A DNA stretch of 64,000 nucleotides from Bacteroidia bacterium (lineage in GTDB: Bacteria > Bacteroidota > Bacteroidia > JADZBD01): NCBI GenBank assembly GCA_020852255.1, contig JADZBD010000007.1:129456-193455 (forward strand), read 5' to 3'. The position numbers and the translations under genes were made by a program. Of the stretch, positions 9,671 through 19,819 are shown piece by piece. Every line of letters begins with the position of its first letter. Within the stretch, counting starts at the first letter, position 1. Under the pieces are notes generated by a model. It did no database searches. It was not told the origin of the DNA and was given only the letters and a program-made list of their open reading frames with translations.

Positions 9671-10060
9671 ATGAACTACTATCATTCTAAAAGAATAGGC
9701 GGAACCAGCATAGAGGCACTACGCCCGAAAGTGGAGGAGGCCTTAAAAGCGGAGGGGTTTGGTGTGCTCACGGAGATAGACATCAAAGCGACCATGAAGA
9801 AGAAGCTGGATAAGGATTATCTCCCGCATGTGATCCTCGGCGCATGCAATCCTGTTTATGCCGATAAGGTACTCACCACGGAACCCACAATCAGCACTAT
9901 GTTGCCCTGCAATGTTACCCTGAGACAGATGGAATCCGGGGAGATCGAGATCGCAATAATCAACCCGGAGGCGGCCATTGGGGCCGTCGGGAATCCGAAC
10001 CTGGTAAGTTTCGCGAAGGAAGTGAATGAAAAACTGATGCGTGTATTGGGAAATATCTGA
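9671..10060 (+). CDS. DUF302 domain protein
   Basis: 129 aa. Pattern …FGVLTEIDIKATMKKKLDKDYLPHVILGACNP… is typical of the DUF302 family. Confidence 0.55.
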   Translation: MNYYHSKRIGGTSIEALRPKVEEALKAEGFGVLTEIDIKATMKKKLDKDYLPHVILGACNPVYADKVLTTEPTISTMLPCNVTLRQMESGEIEIAIINPEAAIGAVGNPNLVSFAKEVNEKLMRVLGNI

Positions 10061-10067
10061 CCGGTGA

Positions 10068-11477
10068 TCAGCAGTCAGTGACCAGTTCCACCACGTTCTC
10101 CACATGCGCAGTGTGAGGAAACATGTCCACAGGCTGTGATCGTAGCAAACGATATTTTTCGCCAAGTATTCGGATGTCACGCGCTTGTGTGGAAGGATTG
10201 CAGCTGACGTATACTATTCGTGGTGTTTCCAACTCAAGTAACAAGCGGCAGGTTTCTTCATCCATTCCTGCACGGGGCGGGTCTGTGATCACCACCGACG
10301 GTTTGCCGTTTAGCAAAACAAAGTCACGTGTAAAAATCTTCCGCATCTCACCGGCGTAAAAGGAAGTATTTTGGATTCCGTTCAACACTGAGTTCTCTTT
10401 CGCCGCCTCAATCGCTTCGGGAACGGATTCTACACCAATCACCTTTTTTGCACGGCGGGCTACAAAATTGGCAATGGTGCCGGTGCCGGTGTACAAATCA
10501 TACACCACATCGGGTTCCTGAATGCGTGCAAAATCCCTTGCCACTTTGTAAAGTTCCAGCGCTTGTACAGGGTTTGTCTGATAAAAGGATTTAGGCCCCA
10601 CCCTGAATTTCAGTCCCTCCATTTCCTCAGTGATATATCCCTGGCCGGCATAGGTGACCACGTCCAGATCATACATGGTGTCATTCGCCTTAAGATTTAC
10701 AACATAAAGAAGAGAAGTAATGAAATTAAAGGAGGTGCTCAGGTATTCCATCACTCTTTGGATGTGTTCCGGATGATCTTCCCCAAACATCATCATTACC
10801 ATGCATTCTCCGGTCGTAGTTGTCCGAATAATCATTCCCCGGAGCAACCCGGACTTTGCTTTATGATCATAAAAGGAAAACCCGTTCTTTAGCGCCAGAC
10901 TCCGGACTCCGTTGCGGACTTCGTCGTTTAATGGCGGCATCAAATGACAGCGTTGAATATCAATGATACGGTCGAACATTCTTGGAACATGAAACCCCAG
11001 CGCATTGCCAGAAGGCTTTTGTTCCATATTCATTTCTGCTTCCGTAAACCATCTGCGGCTGGAAAAGGAAAAGTCAAGACGATTGCGGTAGGCATAATTG
11101 TTTTTGCTCCCGATTATTGGCAGTACATCCAAACCGGCCGACTCTATTCCTCCGATTCGTTCAAGGCAATCCCGTACCATCTTCTCCTTGAATCTGAGCT
11201 GGGCGGCATAATTCATATTTTGCCATTTGCATCCACCGCAGGAACCGAAGTGCGCACATGCAGGATTCACCCGGTCTTCTGATCGTTTTTGGTAGTGAAG
11301 TACGCGTCCGGACCAGAATTTACGCCGCACTTTCCAGGTCTCCGCTTCAATTACATCCCCAGGTACAGTCCCGGGGATGAAATAGACGAGGTCATCATGC
11401 CGGCATATGCCCCATCCATCGGACGAAGTGTCAAAAATTTCAAGACCGGAAATGATTTTTACAGCAGATCTTCCCAC
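10068..11477 (-). CDS. rlmD: 23S rRNA (uracil-5-)-methyltransferase RlmD/RumA (TRAM + 4Fe-4S + MTase)
   Basis: N-terminal TRAM-like segment, Cys cluster CAHFGSCGGCKWQ, SAM motif DLYTGTGT, and a catalytic region near the C-terminus. 469 aa. Confidence 0.8.
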   Translation of the reverse strand: MGRSAVKIISGLEIFDTSSDGWGICRHDDLVYFIPGTVPGDVIEAETWKVRRKFWSGRVLHYQKRSEDRVNPACAHFGSCGGCKWQNMNYAAQLRFKEKMVRDCLERIGGIESAGLDVLPIIGSKNNYAYRNRLDFSFSSRRWFTEAEMNMEQKPSGNALGFHVPRMFDRIIDIQRCHLMPPLNDEVRNGVRSLALKNGFSFYDHKAKSGLLRGMIIRTTTTGECMVMMMFGEDHPEHIQRVMEYLSTSFNFITSLLYVVNLKANDTMYDLDVVTYAGQGYITEEMEGLKFRVGPKSFYQTNPVQALELYKVARDFARIQEPDVVYDLYTGTGTIANFVARRAKKVIGVESVPEAIEAAKENSVLNGIQNTSFYAGEMRKIFTRDFVLLNGKPSVVITDPPRAGMDEETCRLLLELETPRIVYVSCNPSTQARDIRILGEKYRLLRSQPVDMFPHTAHVENVVELVTDC

Positions 11478-11492
11478 GAGACAGATGACAGG

Positions 11493-12200
11493 TTATTCTT
11501 CATCCTTTATTTCCTTCTGCTCCTTCTTTTTAAAATCCCCGTTCTTCCAGGCCTTAATGAACTTGGCCCAGGCTATCGGGTTCAGCAGGTTGTTGGGAGG
11601 ATACTGCCCGGCATAGTATAATTTGGAATAGGTTTCCTGCATGGAGGCCTTAAAGTTCATGTTGCCGTCCATAGGCATGGTTTCATATTGCATCACCATG
11701 TTCTGCTGATCCAGATTCTTTGCCGCCCGATCCAGATCATCTTCCGGAATTTTGGTTTCGAGGAATACTTTTTTGAATGATTCCTTTGAAGGCCAGGGAT
11801 AGATCACGGTTTCTTTTAGCAAAATGGTATCCGAGTGCATGATCTGGATCAGAGAATATTTATTGGTAGTGAGTGAATCAGGAATAATAAATAGCATGCT
11901 CTTAAATCCTACTGCAGTAAATTCAATGGTATCTTTCTCCTGCGCCACAAAGCTGAAAAAGCCAAAGTAGTCCGCCAGTGTCCCGCGCTGCTTGTTTTTG
12001 ATGATGATTTTGGCAAAAGAAACCGGTTTCAGGCTGTCGCGTTCCACCACCACCCCGGAAAACTGTATGAGCGGACGATCGTCCTTCTTAACATCTTTTT
12101 TTGGTTCATCTTTTTTAAGCGGCGGATCCTTCTTAAGTGTCTGAGAATCAGCGCATAAGAAGGAGGCGAGCAAGAGAAGAATGATTCCCACATGTTTCAT
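11493..12200 (-). CDS. Hypothetical secreted protein (CarboxypepD_reg-like beta-sandwich segment)
   Basis: Signal peptide MKHVGIILLLLASFLCADS; K/D-rich linker; no catalytic motifs. Confidence 0.4.
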   Translation of the reverse strand: MKHVGIILLLLASFLCADSQTLKKDPPLKKDEPKKDVKKDDRPLIQFSGVVVERDSLKPVSFAKIIIKNKQRGTLADYFGFFSFVAQEKDTIEFTAVGFKSMLFIIPDSLTTNKYSLIQIMHSDTILLKETVIYPWPSKESFKKVFLETKIPEDDLDRAAKNLDQQNMVMQYETMPMDGNMNFKASMQETYSKLYYAGQYPPNNLLNPIAWAKFIKAWKNGDFKKKEQKEIKDEE

Positions 12201-12326
12201 AGGAGCAAATTTACGTTTTATGTTTAATCAATAAACGTGCTAAAGTCAGTGTTTATTATGACCTTGATCGCAGCCCCCGGGGGGGGATTTTTTTGGAAAG
12301 TCAGGTGTACTTCCTATATTTGTAAG

Positions 12327-13031
12327 ATGCGTTTGTGTTACAAACTCCTTTTACTGAACCTTATCCTGCCTTTTGCGGTTTGGTCACAAAGTTTTTCTGT
12401 TTCTTTTCCGGATACTATTGCCTACGGCCCGGCCATTGATAGTTCCGCCCTGAGTTGCTGGACGAACGATTTGGTTACCAATCTTACTTCACAGGTGATC
12501 ACGCTGGATGTGGTGAGGGTAGAAAACGTTGCGGTAACGGGATGGAATACCGCTTTCTGTTTTCAGATATGTTCCCAGCCTACGGTTGACAGTATTCGCG
12601 CTACGATGGGCCCGAATGAGGTGGTAAATGTAGCTTTCCATTTTATGATTAATGGTGTTCCTGACAGCGGCACGGCCGTACTTAAGTTTAAGAATGTGAA
12701 CAACCCATCCGAAGTGTATTACCAGCGCTTTTACGGAATAAGTCAGTCTACGGCATCAGTAGGATCTTATTTACTTACTGCCCCGGTCACACTTTACCCT
12801 AATCCTGCAAGGCAGGGGAGTGAAATTTATCTGAACATTGCAGGTAAGGAGGCATGCGATCTTATTATTTCAGATGCATCCGGAAAAGTAGTGGAGAGGA
12901 GAGCTTCGCTGGCTCCTGGCACGAACAGTTTTACTACAACGCTTACGGCGGGAATATATTTCTATTCTATGGTGTCTCCTTCCCGCGTTTTCACCGGGCG
13001 CCTGGTGATAGTAGGAGCTAACCAGGACTGA
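12327..13031 (+). CDS. Secreted protein with C-terminal T9SS (Por) sorting domain
   Basis: Start at ATG 12327 gives signal peptide MRLCYKLLLLNLILPFAVWSQ. C-terminal ~80 aa (LYPNPARQGSEIYL…GIYFYSM…GRLVIV) matches the type-A T9SS C-terminal domain. Confidence 0.55.
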   Translation: MRLCYKLLLLNLILPFAVWSQSFSVSFPDTIAYGPAIDSSALSCWTNDLVTNLTSQVITLDVVRVENVAVTGWNTAFCFQICSQPTVDSIRATMGPNEVVNVAFHFMINGVPDSGTAVLKFKNVNNPSEVYYQRFYGISQSTASVGSYLLTAPVTLYPNPARQGSEIYLNIAGKEACDLIISDASGKVVERRASLAPGTNSFTTTLTAGIYFYSMVSPSRVFTGRLVIVGANQD

Positions 13032-13034
13032 TTC

Positions 13035-15044
13035 CTAATCGTCCTTAAGAATCTTTTCCATTGCTTTGATCTCATCTCTCAGTCTTGCTGCTTCCATAAA
13101 GTCCAGCTCCTTGGCAGCCTTTTCCATGGCACGACGCGTGCGCTGAATCATTTTTTGCAAGTCTTCTCTGGGCAGGTATTTCAGTACAGGATCTGCTGCC
13201 GCTGACACTTCGTTTTTCTCAATATAAGCGGCTCCTTTCCGTGTGGATCTCATTGCTTCAGAGAAAACATCTCGGTTGGCTTTTACAATTTGCCGCGGGC
13301 TGATACCATGCTTGTAATTGTATTCGATTTGTTTTTGCCGGCGGCGCAGTGTTTCATCAATGGTTTTCTGCATGCTAACCGTTACTTTGTCCGCGTACAT
13401 GATCACCCTACCATTAATATTACGCGCAGCCCTTCCTACGGTTTGCACCAGCGAGCGCTCGCTGCGTAAAAACCCTTCTTTGTCGGCGTCGAGGATCGCC
13501 ACAAGCGATACTTCCGGAAGATCCAGTCCTTCCCGCAGCAGATTGATACCTACTAAAACATCGAACAACCCGTTTCGCAGGTCGCGCATAATCTCCACGC
13601 GTTCCAATGTGTCCACATCCGAATGAATGTAACGGCAGCGGATGCCCAATTGTGACATATACTTACTGAGTTCCTCAGCCATGCGCTTGGTCAGTGTGGT
13701 TACCAGCACACGTTCATCTTTTTCTGCTACCAGTTTCACCTCTTCCAGAAGATCATCCACCTGGTTGTTGCAGGGGCGAACTTCAATAAGAGGATCCAAC
13801 AGCCCCGTCGGTCGGATCAGCTGTTCTACCACCACGCCCTCGGAGCGCTGCAGCTCAAAATCGGCAGGAGTTGCGGATACATAGATCACCTGTCCCAGCA
13901 TTTCTTCAAATTCATCAAATTTGAGCGGACGGTTATCGAGGGCTGAAGGCAATCTGAAGCCGAATTCTACCAGTGTTTCTTTGCGGGATCGGTCGCCACC
14001 GTACATGCCGCGGATTTGCGGAACGGTCACGTGACTTTCGTCAATGACCATGAGGAAATCATCCGGAAAATAATCGAGGAGGCAGTAGGGACGTGTACCC
14101 ACTGTTCGTCCGTCAAAGTATCTAGAATAGTTTTCTATACCGGAACAATATCCCAGTTCTCGCATCATCTCAAGGTCGTAGGAGACGCGGTCTTCTATCC
14201 GTTTGGCTTCGAGTGGTTTCCCTATCTCCTTTAAATAGTCGGATTGTTTCACCATGTCCTGTTGTATTTCCCATAAGGCGCCTTTGAGTGTTTCCTGGGA
14301 AGTGACAAAGATATTGGCAGGATAGATGTTAAAACTTTCAAAGTATTCCAGTTTTCTTCCTGTCGCAGATTCAAAGGTGTGAATGTCTTCGATTTCGTTT
14401 CCGAAAAAGGATACCCGCACGCTGTAATCAGCATAGGCCAGGTTGATATCCACGGTATCTCCTTTTACCCTGAATTTTCCGCGTTCAAAATCCCCTTCGG
14501 TCCGGGAGTATAGTGTATTAACCAGTTGGAGAAGGAAATTGTTTCGTGTGATTCCCTGACCCTTCCGGATTCTCACCACGCTGCTGCCGAATTCATTAGG
14601 GTTGCCGATACTATAGATGCAGGAAACGCTGGACACTACGATGATATCCCTTCTTCCGGAGAGCAGGGAAGAGGTGGTGGCCAGCCGCAGTTTCTCTATT
14701 TCATCGTTGATTGCCAGGTCCTTTTCTATATAGGTGTCGGTGGTGGGAAGATATGCTTCCGGCTGGTAATAATCATAATATGATACAAAGTATTCCACTG
14801 CGTTCTTCGGAAAAAAGGTTTTGAATTCCCCGTAGAGCTGAGCGGCCAGCGTTTTATTATGACTAAGTATAAGGGTGGGGCGTTCCACTTCCTTGATCAC
14901 GTTTGCAACGGTAAATGTTTTTCCGGATCCGGTAACACCCAGTAACGTTTGTGCAGGGGTACCGGCTTTCAGTCCGGTCACGAGCTGCCTGATGGCCTCC
15001 GGCTGATCTCCGGTGGGCTCAAAGTCGGATGTAAGTTGGAACAT
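13035..15044 (-). CDS. uvrB: Excinuclease ABC subunit B
   Basis: Walker A GVTGSGKT, helicase motifs, C-terminal UVR domain (…EKAAKELDFMEAARLRDEI…). 669 aa. Confidence 0.95.
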   Translation of the reverse strand: MFQLTSDFEPTGDQPEAIRQLVTGLKAGTPAQTLLGVTGSGKTFTVANVIKEVERPTLILSHNKTLAAQLYGEFKTFFPKNAVEYFVSYYDYYQPEAYLPTTDTYIEKDLAINDEIEKLRLATTSSLLSGRRDIIVVSSVSCIYSIGNPNEFGSSVVRIRKGQGITRNNFLLQLVNTLYSRTEGDFERGKFRVKGDTVDINLAYADYSVRVSFFGNEIEDIHTFESATGRKLEYFESFNIYPANIFVTSQETLKGALWEIQQDMVKQSDYLKEIGKPLEAKRIEDRVSYDLEMMRELGYCSGIENYSRYFDGRTVGTRPYCLLDYFPDDFLMVIDESHVTVPQIRGMYGGDRSRKETLVEFGFRLPSALDNRPLKFDEFEEMLGQVIYVSATPADFELQRSEGVVVEQLIRPTGLLDPLIEVRPCNNQVDDLLEEVKLVAEKDERVLVTTLTKRMAEELSKYMSQLGIRCRYIHSDVDTLERVEIMRDLRNGLFDVLVGINLLREGLDLPEVSLVAILDADKEGFLRSERSLVQTVGRAARNINGRVIMYADKVTVSMQKTIDETLRRRQKQIEYNYKHGISPRQIVKANRDVFSEAMRSTRKGAAYIEKNEVSAAADPVLKYLPREDLQKMIQRTRRAMEKAAKELDFMEAARLRDEIKAMEKILKDD

Positions 15045-15053
15045 GCCGTAAAT

Positions 15054-16217
15054 TTAGGAATAATTCATCCCTGCACCCGCGGCGCGGCGCACCGCATCGC
15101 TTCCATAGCGTTTGCGCAGTTTATCCATGGCCTGATAGAGTCGCACCACCTCTTCGGAATCTTCAAAGAGGTCAATTTGATGATGACCACCCACGAGATG
15201 ACTGAAGCGCACGCCGATGAGGCGGATGAGGAGGCGGCGATTGTATAGTTTTCCGAAGAGCTCCTTTACCGTAGTCAGCAACGTATGATCGCAGGCAGTA
15301 TAGGGGATTCTCATCTGCATGGTGTGGGTGTCAAAATCGGAGTAACGTATTTTTACCGTAACGCAGGCGGTGAGTTTGTGCTCTGAACGAAGCTGGAAAG
15401 CGATCTTCTCGGTCATACTCACCAGCGTGCTGTAGAGTTTTCCCATGTCGGTGGTGTCCTGCTCAAAGGTTTCTTCTGTAGAAATAGATTTTCGTTCGGA
15501 GTAGGGGATCACCGGGCTGTTATCAATACCATTCGCCTTTTTCCACATGCTGATTCCGTTATCGCCAAATACTTTTTCCAGCAGTTGTGGAGGCATTTGC
15601 TGCAGGGTGAGTACTTTGTCCACACCCATGGTGCGAAGGGTGAGGGCGGTTTTCTCTCCGATCATGGGGATCTTGCCTACGGGCAGCGGCGCGAGAAATT
15701 CTTTCTCCGTCCCGTAATCAATCTGCAGTTGTCCGTTCGGCTTGGCTTCATTGGTAGCCACCTTCGATACGGTTTTGTTTTCCGACAAACCAAAGGAACT
15801 GGGAAGCCCCGAATGCTTTGTTATCTTTTGCCGCAGTTCGGAGGCAAAAGCGTAGCATCCGAAAAAGCGGTCCATACCCGTGAGATCTATGTAAAACTCG
15901 TCAATGGACGATTTCTCGTATAGCGGAACGCTCTCGCGGATGATCTCCGTAACGGTTTCGGAATGCCGGGAATAGGCTTCGTAATCCCCGCGTACGACGA
16001 TGGCCCCGGGACATAGTCTCCTCGCCAGTTTCATTGGCATGGCGGAATGTACCCCGAAGGCCCTCGTTTCGTAACTGCAGGCTGCCACCACTCCGCGGTC
16101 CGACCCGCCTCCCACAATCACCGGTTTCCCGATCAGGGAGGAGTTCAGCAGCCGCTCCACCGAAACAAAGAAGGAGTCGAGATCCAGGTGAACGATGGAG
16201 CGGTTTTGCTGTGTCAT
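15054..16217 (-). CDS. dinB: DNA polymerase IV (Y-family)
   Basis: N-terminal VHLDLDSFFVSVE and catalytic SIDEFYID. 387 aa. Stop is 9 bp upstream of the uvrB start. Confidence 0.85.
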   Translation of the reverse strand: MTQQNRSIVHLDLDSFFVSVERLLNSSLIGKPVIVGGGSDRGVVAACSYETRAFGVHSAMPMKLARRLCPGAIVVRGDYEAYSRHSETVTEIIRESVPLYEKSSIDEFYIDLTGMDRFFGCYAFASELRQKITKHSGLPSSFGLSENKTVSKVATNEAKPNGQLQIDYGTEKEFLAPLPVGKIPMIGEKTALTLRTMGVDKVLTLQQMPPQLLEKVFGDNGISMWKKANGIDNSPVIPYSERKSISTEETFEQDTTDMGKLYSTLVSMTEKIAFQLRSEHKLTACVTVKIRYSDFDTHTMQMRIPYTACDHTLLTTVKELFGKLYNRRLLIRLIGVRFSHLVGGHHQIDLFEDSEEVVRLYQAMDKLRKRYGSDAVRRAAGAGMNYS

Positions 16218-16292
16218 GAGCGGTATGACTTCCCAAAAGTACGGCTGCGCCGGCCCGAAAGGCTTTCACAAAATGTAAAACTTTTCCTCCCC

Positions 16293-17588
16293 TTATAATC
16301 CCGCCTTACGGATCTCCTCTTTGAGCTCTTCCATGCTCACCTCCCTGAATTGCAGGTCCAGGTTCTCCCCTTCGAAACGAATTGTATGTGTGGCCAGCAT
16401 AGGTTTCCCATTTTGCATACGTATGGCCACCACCGTGCCCGTTTCATTCCTCGGTACCCTCGGATAGTGATAGTTATTGTCCTCATCTATGTATGCGGCT
16501 ACCATCATACGGCGGTGTTTAAAAATCAGGCTGACAGACATTTCTTCCTCCACGGGCTGATTAATCTTCTGCTCCACTACCATGGCATCCGACATATGGT
16601 AAAACTCGTCCAGGTTCTTCCAGTTCAGCTTCTGCGTGCTGAAAACATAATAGTTCAGATCCCGGAAACCGGCATTTCCTGTTGCAATCGTATTCTCCAG
16701 TCCTGCCATGTACTCCTTTTGCATTTTAAGAAATAACTGAGGAAGAGAGTGAACACGGTATTGCTTCATCAGCGGCAGATAAACATACCGCAGCAACTGA
16801 TCATAGTTGCGGATATTATACCTTGAGATCAGTGAGTCAATGCCGGCACAACCCAGCGGACTCCAGTACCGTGTATTCAGCGTGGAGGATCTGCGGTAGG
16901 TCTTTACGTTTTTCCGGAAACCCAGGAATTTCCGGAATTTGCACCAAAAGTTGCATTTTTTCACTAACCGCGTGGGGATTTCCCATCCGCAATAGAAGGA
17001 ACCCGATGGCTGAAACCTGCTCACCGGGTTGGGATTGCTTCGCCAGCTGGTGATGCCGGGTGTGCTGCCATTCACCCCATCCCACACTTGCATGTTTCCA
17101 TTGCCCAGTGTATTGGGAACCATCAGGGTCATAGAAGCCCCCGGCTTAAGTTGCAATTCCTGTTTGCCGTCGGTTGCACCCAGGCGAAACATTCCGCGTG
17201 TTTCAAGCAGCCCCGAATCCGTTACGGTGGAAAGCCCGTCTCCCATCATTTCCGAATATTCCGTGGACTCTTTCAGTTTCATCCACACCTTGCCACTCAC
17301 CGCATTTCCGTTTTCGTCCACCAGGGAATTGCCGTAATAATATATCAGCGTTCCTTTCTTTCCTTTGAGCACCGTGTCGCGGTTTGCTGTAATGCGGAAT
17401 ACCTGTTCCTCACTGGCCAGCGATTTCAAAACATCTTGCAGCGATAGCGGAAGAGGTTCTTTCTTCATGGTAATCTTCACCTCCGATTTTCCACCGTAGA
17501 TAATCTTTTTCAGCGGCTGCTCCTTTTGCTGAGCGGACATTGTCGCCGTAACGGCAAGCAATACCATTGCGATCCATGCAGTCTTCAT
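16293..17588 (-). CDS. Hypothetical secreted protein
   Basis: Signal peptide MKTAWIAMVLLAVTATMSAQQ. 431 aa. No recognisable domain. Confidence 0.45.
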   Translation of the reverse strand: MKTAWIAMVLLAVTATMSAQQKEQPLKKIIYGGKSEVKITMKKEPLPLSLQDVLKSLASEEQVFRITANRDTVLKGKKGTLIYYYGNSLVDENGNAVSGKVWMKLKESTEYSEMMGDGLSTVTDSGLLETRGMFRLGATDGKQELQLKPGASMTLMVPNTLGNGNMQVWDGVNGSTPGITSWRSNPNPVSRFQPSGSFYCGWEIPTRLVKKCNFWCKFRKFLGFRKNVKTYRRSSTLNTRYWSPLGCAGIDSLISRYNIRNYDQLLRYVYLPLMKQYRVHSLPQLFLKMQKEYMAGLENTIATGNAGFRDLNYYVFSTQKLNWKNLDEFYHMSDAMVVEQKINQPVEEEMSVSLIFKHRRMMVAAYIDEDNNYHYPRVPRNETGTVVAIRMQNGKPMLATHTIRFEGENLDLQFREVSMEELKEEIRKAGL

Positions 17589-17701
17589 AGCCTGTGGTTT
17601 TTAGTTTACGAACGAATCCGGGGGATTGAACTTATAACGGAGGAAACGCAAAAAGGATACATTCATTTTAAAAAAACAATGAAATTGATACCTTCGCCGG
17701 A

Positions 17702-18556
17702 ATGAAAGAAAGGTTTTGTATTGTGGGAATGGGACTGATCGGGGGATCACTGGCTATGGCATTGAGGCAGCGCTTCCCCGATGCGGAGATATGGGGGGTA
17801 GATAATCATCCCGAGAACGCATCCTATGCCCTTTCCTCCGGAATGGTGAACAGAATGGTGGAGACAGAGGAGCTGTTTCCGGAACCCTTCATACTGTTCC
17901 TGGCCCTGCCTGTGGATGTAATTCGTGATTTATTGCCCGGACTATTGGACCGGATCCATGGAACAGAGGCCGTGGTGGTTGATCTGGGCAGTACGAAGTC
18001 AGCCATCTGCGAAGCCGTTGCCGGACATAAGGCCCGACCCCGGTTTGTGGCGGCGCACCCCATCGCCGGAACCGAGCATTCAGGTCCGCAGTACGCACTG
18101 CCCGATCTTTTTCGTAACAAAAGAATTATCTTATGCGAGGAAGAGCGCTCGTCACCTGAGGTGTGGAAACGGGTGAAAGCAGTTTTTGAAGAGCTTGGAA
18201 TGCAGGTTACTGTGCTGGATCCCATCATTCACGATCGCAGCTATGCCTATGTTTCTCATTTAAGCCATGCCATTGCGTATGCATTAGGACTCTCGGTATT
18301 GGAAATGGAAAAAGAAATCGAAGGATTAAGAGAACTTTCGGGCACCGGCTTTTCAAGCACGGTGCGATTGGCAAAGTCCAGTGCTAAAATGTGGGTTCCG
18401 GTACTGAGTCAGAATGCGGAAGAGACGGGCAAAGCCATTGATGCGTTCATTGCAAAACTGGAGGAACTGAAGGTTTTGATGCAGGCCGGCGATGAAAAGG
18501 GGCTGCGTGCCTATATTGAAAAGGCGAACAAGATCAGCAAGCTGACCGGAAATTAA
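17702..18556 (+). CDS. tyrA: Prephenate dehydrogenase
   Basis: NAD-binding IVGMGLIGGSLAMAL and the conserved HPIAGTE segment. 284 aa. Confidence 0.7.
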   Translation: MKERFCIVGMGLIGGSLAMALRQRFPDAEIWGVDNHPENASYALSSGMVNRMVETEELFPEPFILFLALPVDVIRDLLPGLLDRIHGTEAVVVDLGSTKSAICEAVAGHKARPRFVAAHPIAGTEHSGPQYALPDLFRNKRIILCEEERSSPEVWKRVKAVFEELGMQVTVLDPIIHDRSYAYVSHLSHAIAYALGLSVLEMEKEIEGLRELSGTGFSSTVRLAKSSAKMWVPVLSQNAEETGKAIDAFIAKLEELKVLMQAGDEKGLRAYIEKANKISKLTGN

Positions 18557-19815
18557 TTCCCCTGGAATTTATTCTTGTGCACTATTCCGAGCACTTTTCC
18601 CTGCATTGTTTTAGCGATCAGGGGATTGTTCTTCGATTTTGATTTGAAGTCGGTCGCCTGAATAGTGTTCTGTAGTGTAGGATCAAACACCGTAAGATTC
18701 GCTTTTTCTCCTTTTTTTATTTGTGGGATGGGAAGGCCTAGCAGCTTCCGCGGATTCACCGAGAATTTTTCAATCAGCTTCTCCAGACTCATTCGCCCCC
18801 GGCTCATGTTCGCCATGGCAAACATGGTCTCGATACTACTCATTCCAAAGGCCGCATGATCAAATTCTACCACTTTGTTTTCTACATCTTCCGGACGATG
18901 GTCCGAAGCGATCACATCAATCGTTCCATCCGCAACTCCCTTTAGCAATGCTTCCTGGTCTGCCTGATTCCTCAGTGGGGGTTTTACTTTCAGATTCGTG
19001 TCAAATTCCCGCAGCGCACTGTCATTGAAGAACAGATTCGCGCAATTCGCAGAGGCGGTAACTTTGATTTTTTTCTTCTTCGCTTCCCGTATCATCTGTA
19101 CTGATTTTGCAGTCGAAATTCCACACAGATGGATTCGCGCATTGTTGTATTCGGCAAGGAAAATATTTCGGGCAACCATAATTTCTTCAGCAAGTCCGGG
19201 AATTCCTTTTAATCCCAGCTTGGTGCTTTCAACCCCCTCGTTCATTTTCCCATCTCCGGAGATCGCCGGATCATCACAGTAGGCCAATATCAAACCTCCA
19301 AAGTTGTTGGTATACTGAATTGCCCGGTTCATCAACCCTGCATCCTTCACAGCACACAGGTCGTCTGTGAAGGCGCGGGCGCCCGATTGATACATATCAA
19401 ACATTTCTGCCAGATCTTTTCCTTCCTGAAGTTCAGACAGCGTTCCGGCAGGCACAATTTCTACTATTTCCTTCTCCGACTTGTTCAGTACGTATTCGAC
19501 CTGGGCTTTAGAACTGATAGATGGTTGGGTAGAGGGCATGAGAAGAACACCGGTAAAACCTCCGGCTGCGGCGGCACGACAACCGGAACGTATATCTTCT
19601 TTATATTCCATTCCCGGGTCACAAAAATTAACCTGCATGTCGAACCATCCCGCCGACACATGGAGATGTTCGGATTCGATCACACGGGCAGTGGAGGAGC
19701 GGATTCCTTTCCTTATATCAGTTATTACTCCGTTCTCGATTAATATATCCGTGATTTTTCCGGAAAGTACCGAGCGGGAGTCCGTAATGCGTGCAGAGCG
19801 TAAGATCAGTTCCAT
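18553..19815 (-). CDS. pyrC: Dihydroorotase-like cyclic amidohydrolase
   Basis: Amidohydrolase fold with metal ligands (…DMQVNFCDPG…, VIASDHRPED). 420 aa. Confidence 0.65.
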   Translation of the reverse strand: MELILRSARITDSRSVLSGKITDILIENGVITDIRKGIRSSTARVIESEHLHVSAGWFDMQVNFCDPGMEYKEDIRSGCRAAAAGGFTGVLLMPSTQPSISSKAQVEYVLNKSEKEIVEIVPAGTLSELQEGKDLAEMFDMYQSGARAFTDDLCAVKDAGLMNRAIQYTNNFGGLILAYCDDPAISGDGKMNEGVESTKLGLKGIPGLAEEIMVARNIFLAEYNNARIHLCGISTAKSVQMIREAKKKKIKVTASANCANLFFNDSALREFDTNLKVKPPLRNQADQEALLKGVADGTIDVIASDHRPEDVENKVVEFDHAAFGMSSIETMFAMANMSRGRMSLEKLIEKFSVNPRKLLGLPIPQIKKGEKANLTVFDPTLQNTIQATDFKSKSKNNPLIAKTMQGKVLGIVHKNKFQGN

Positions 19816-19819
19816 AGTA

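Noticed and set aside
16350-17447. Plus-strand ORFs of 128, 119 and 102 aa
   Set aside because: All lie antisense within the 431-aa secreted-protein gene. No supporting features.
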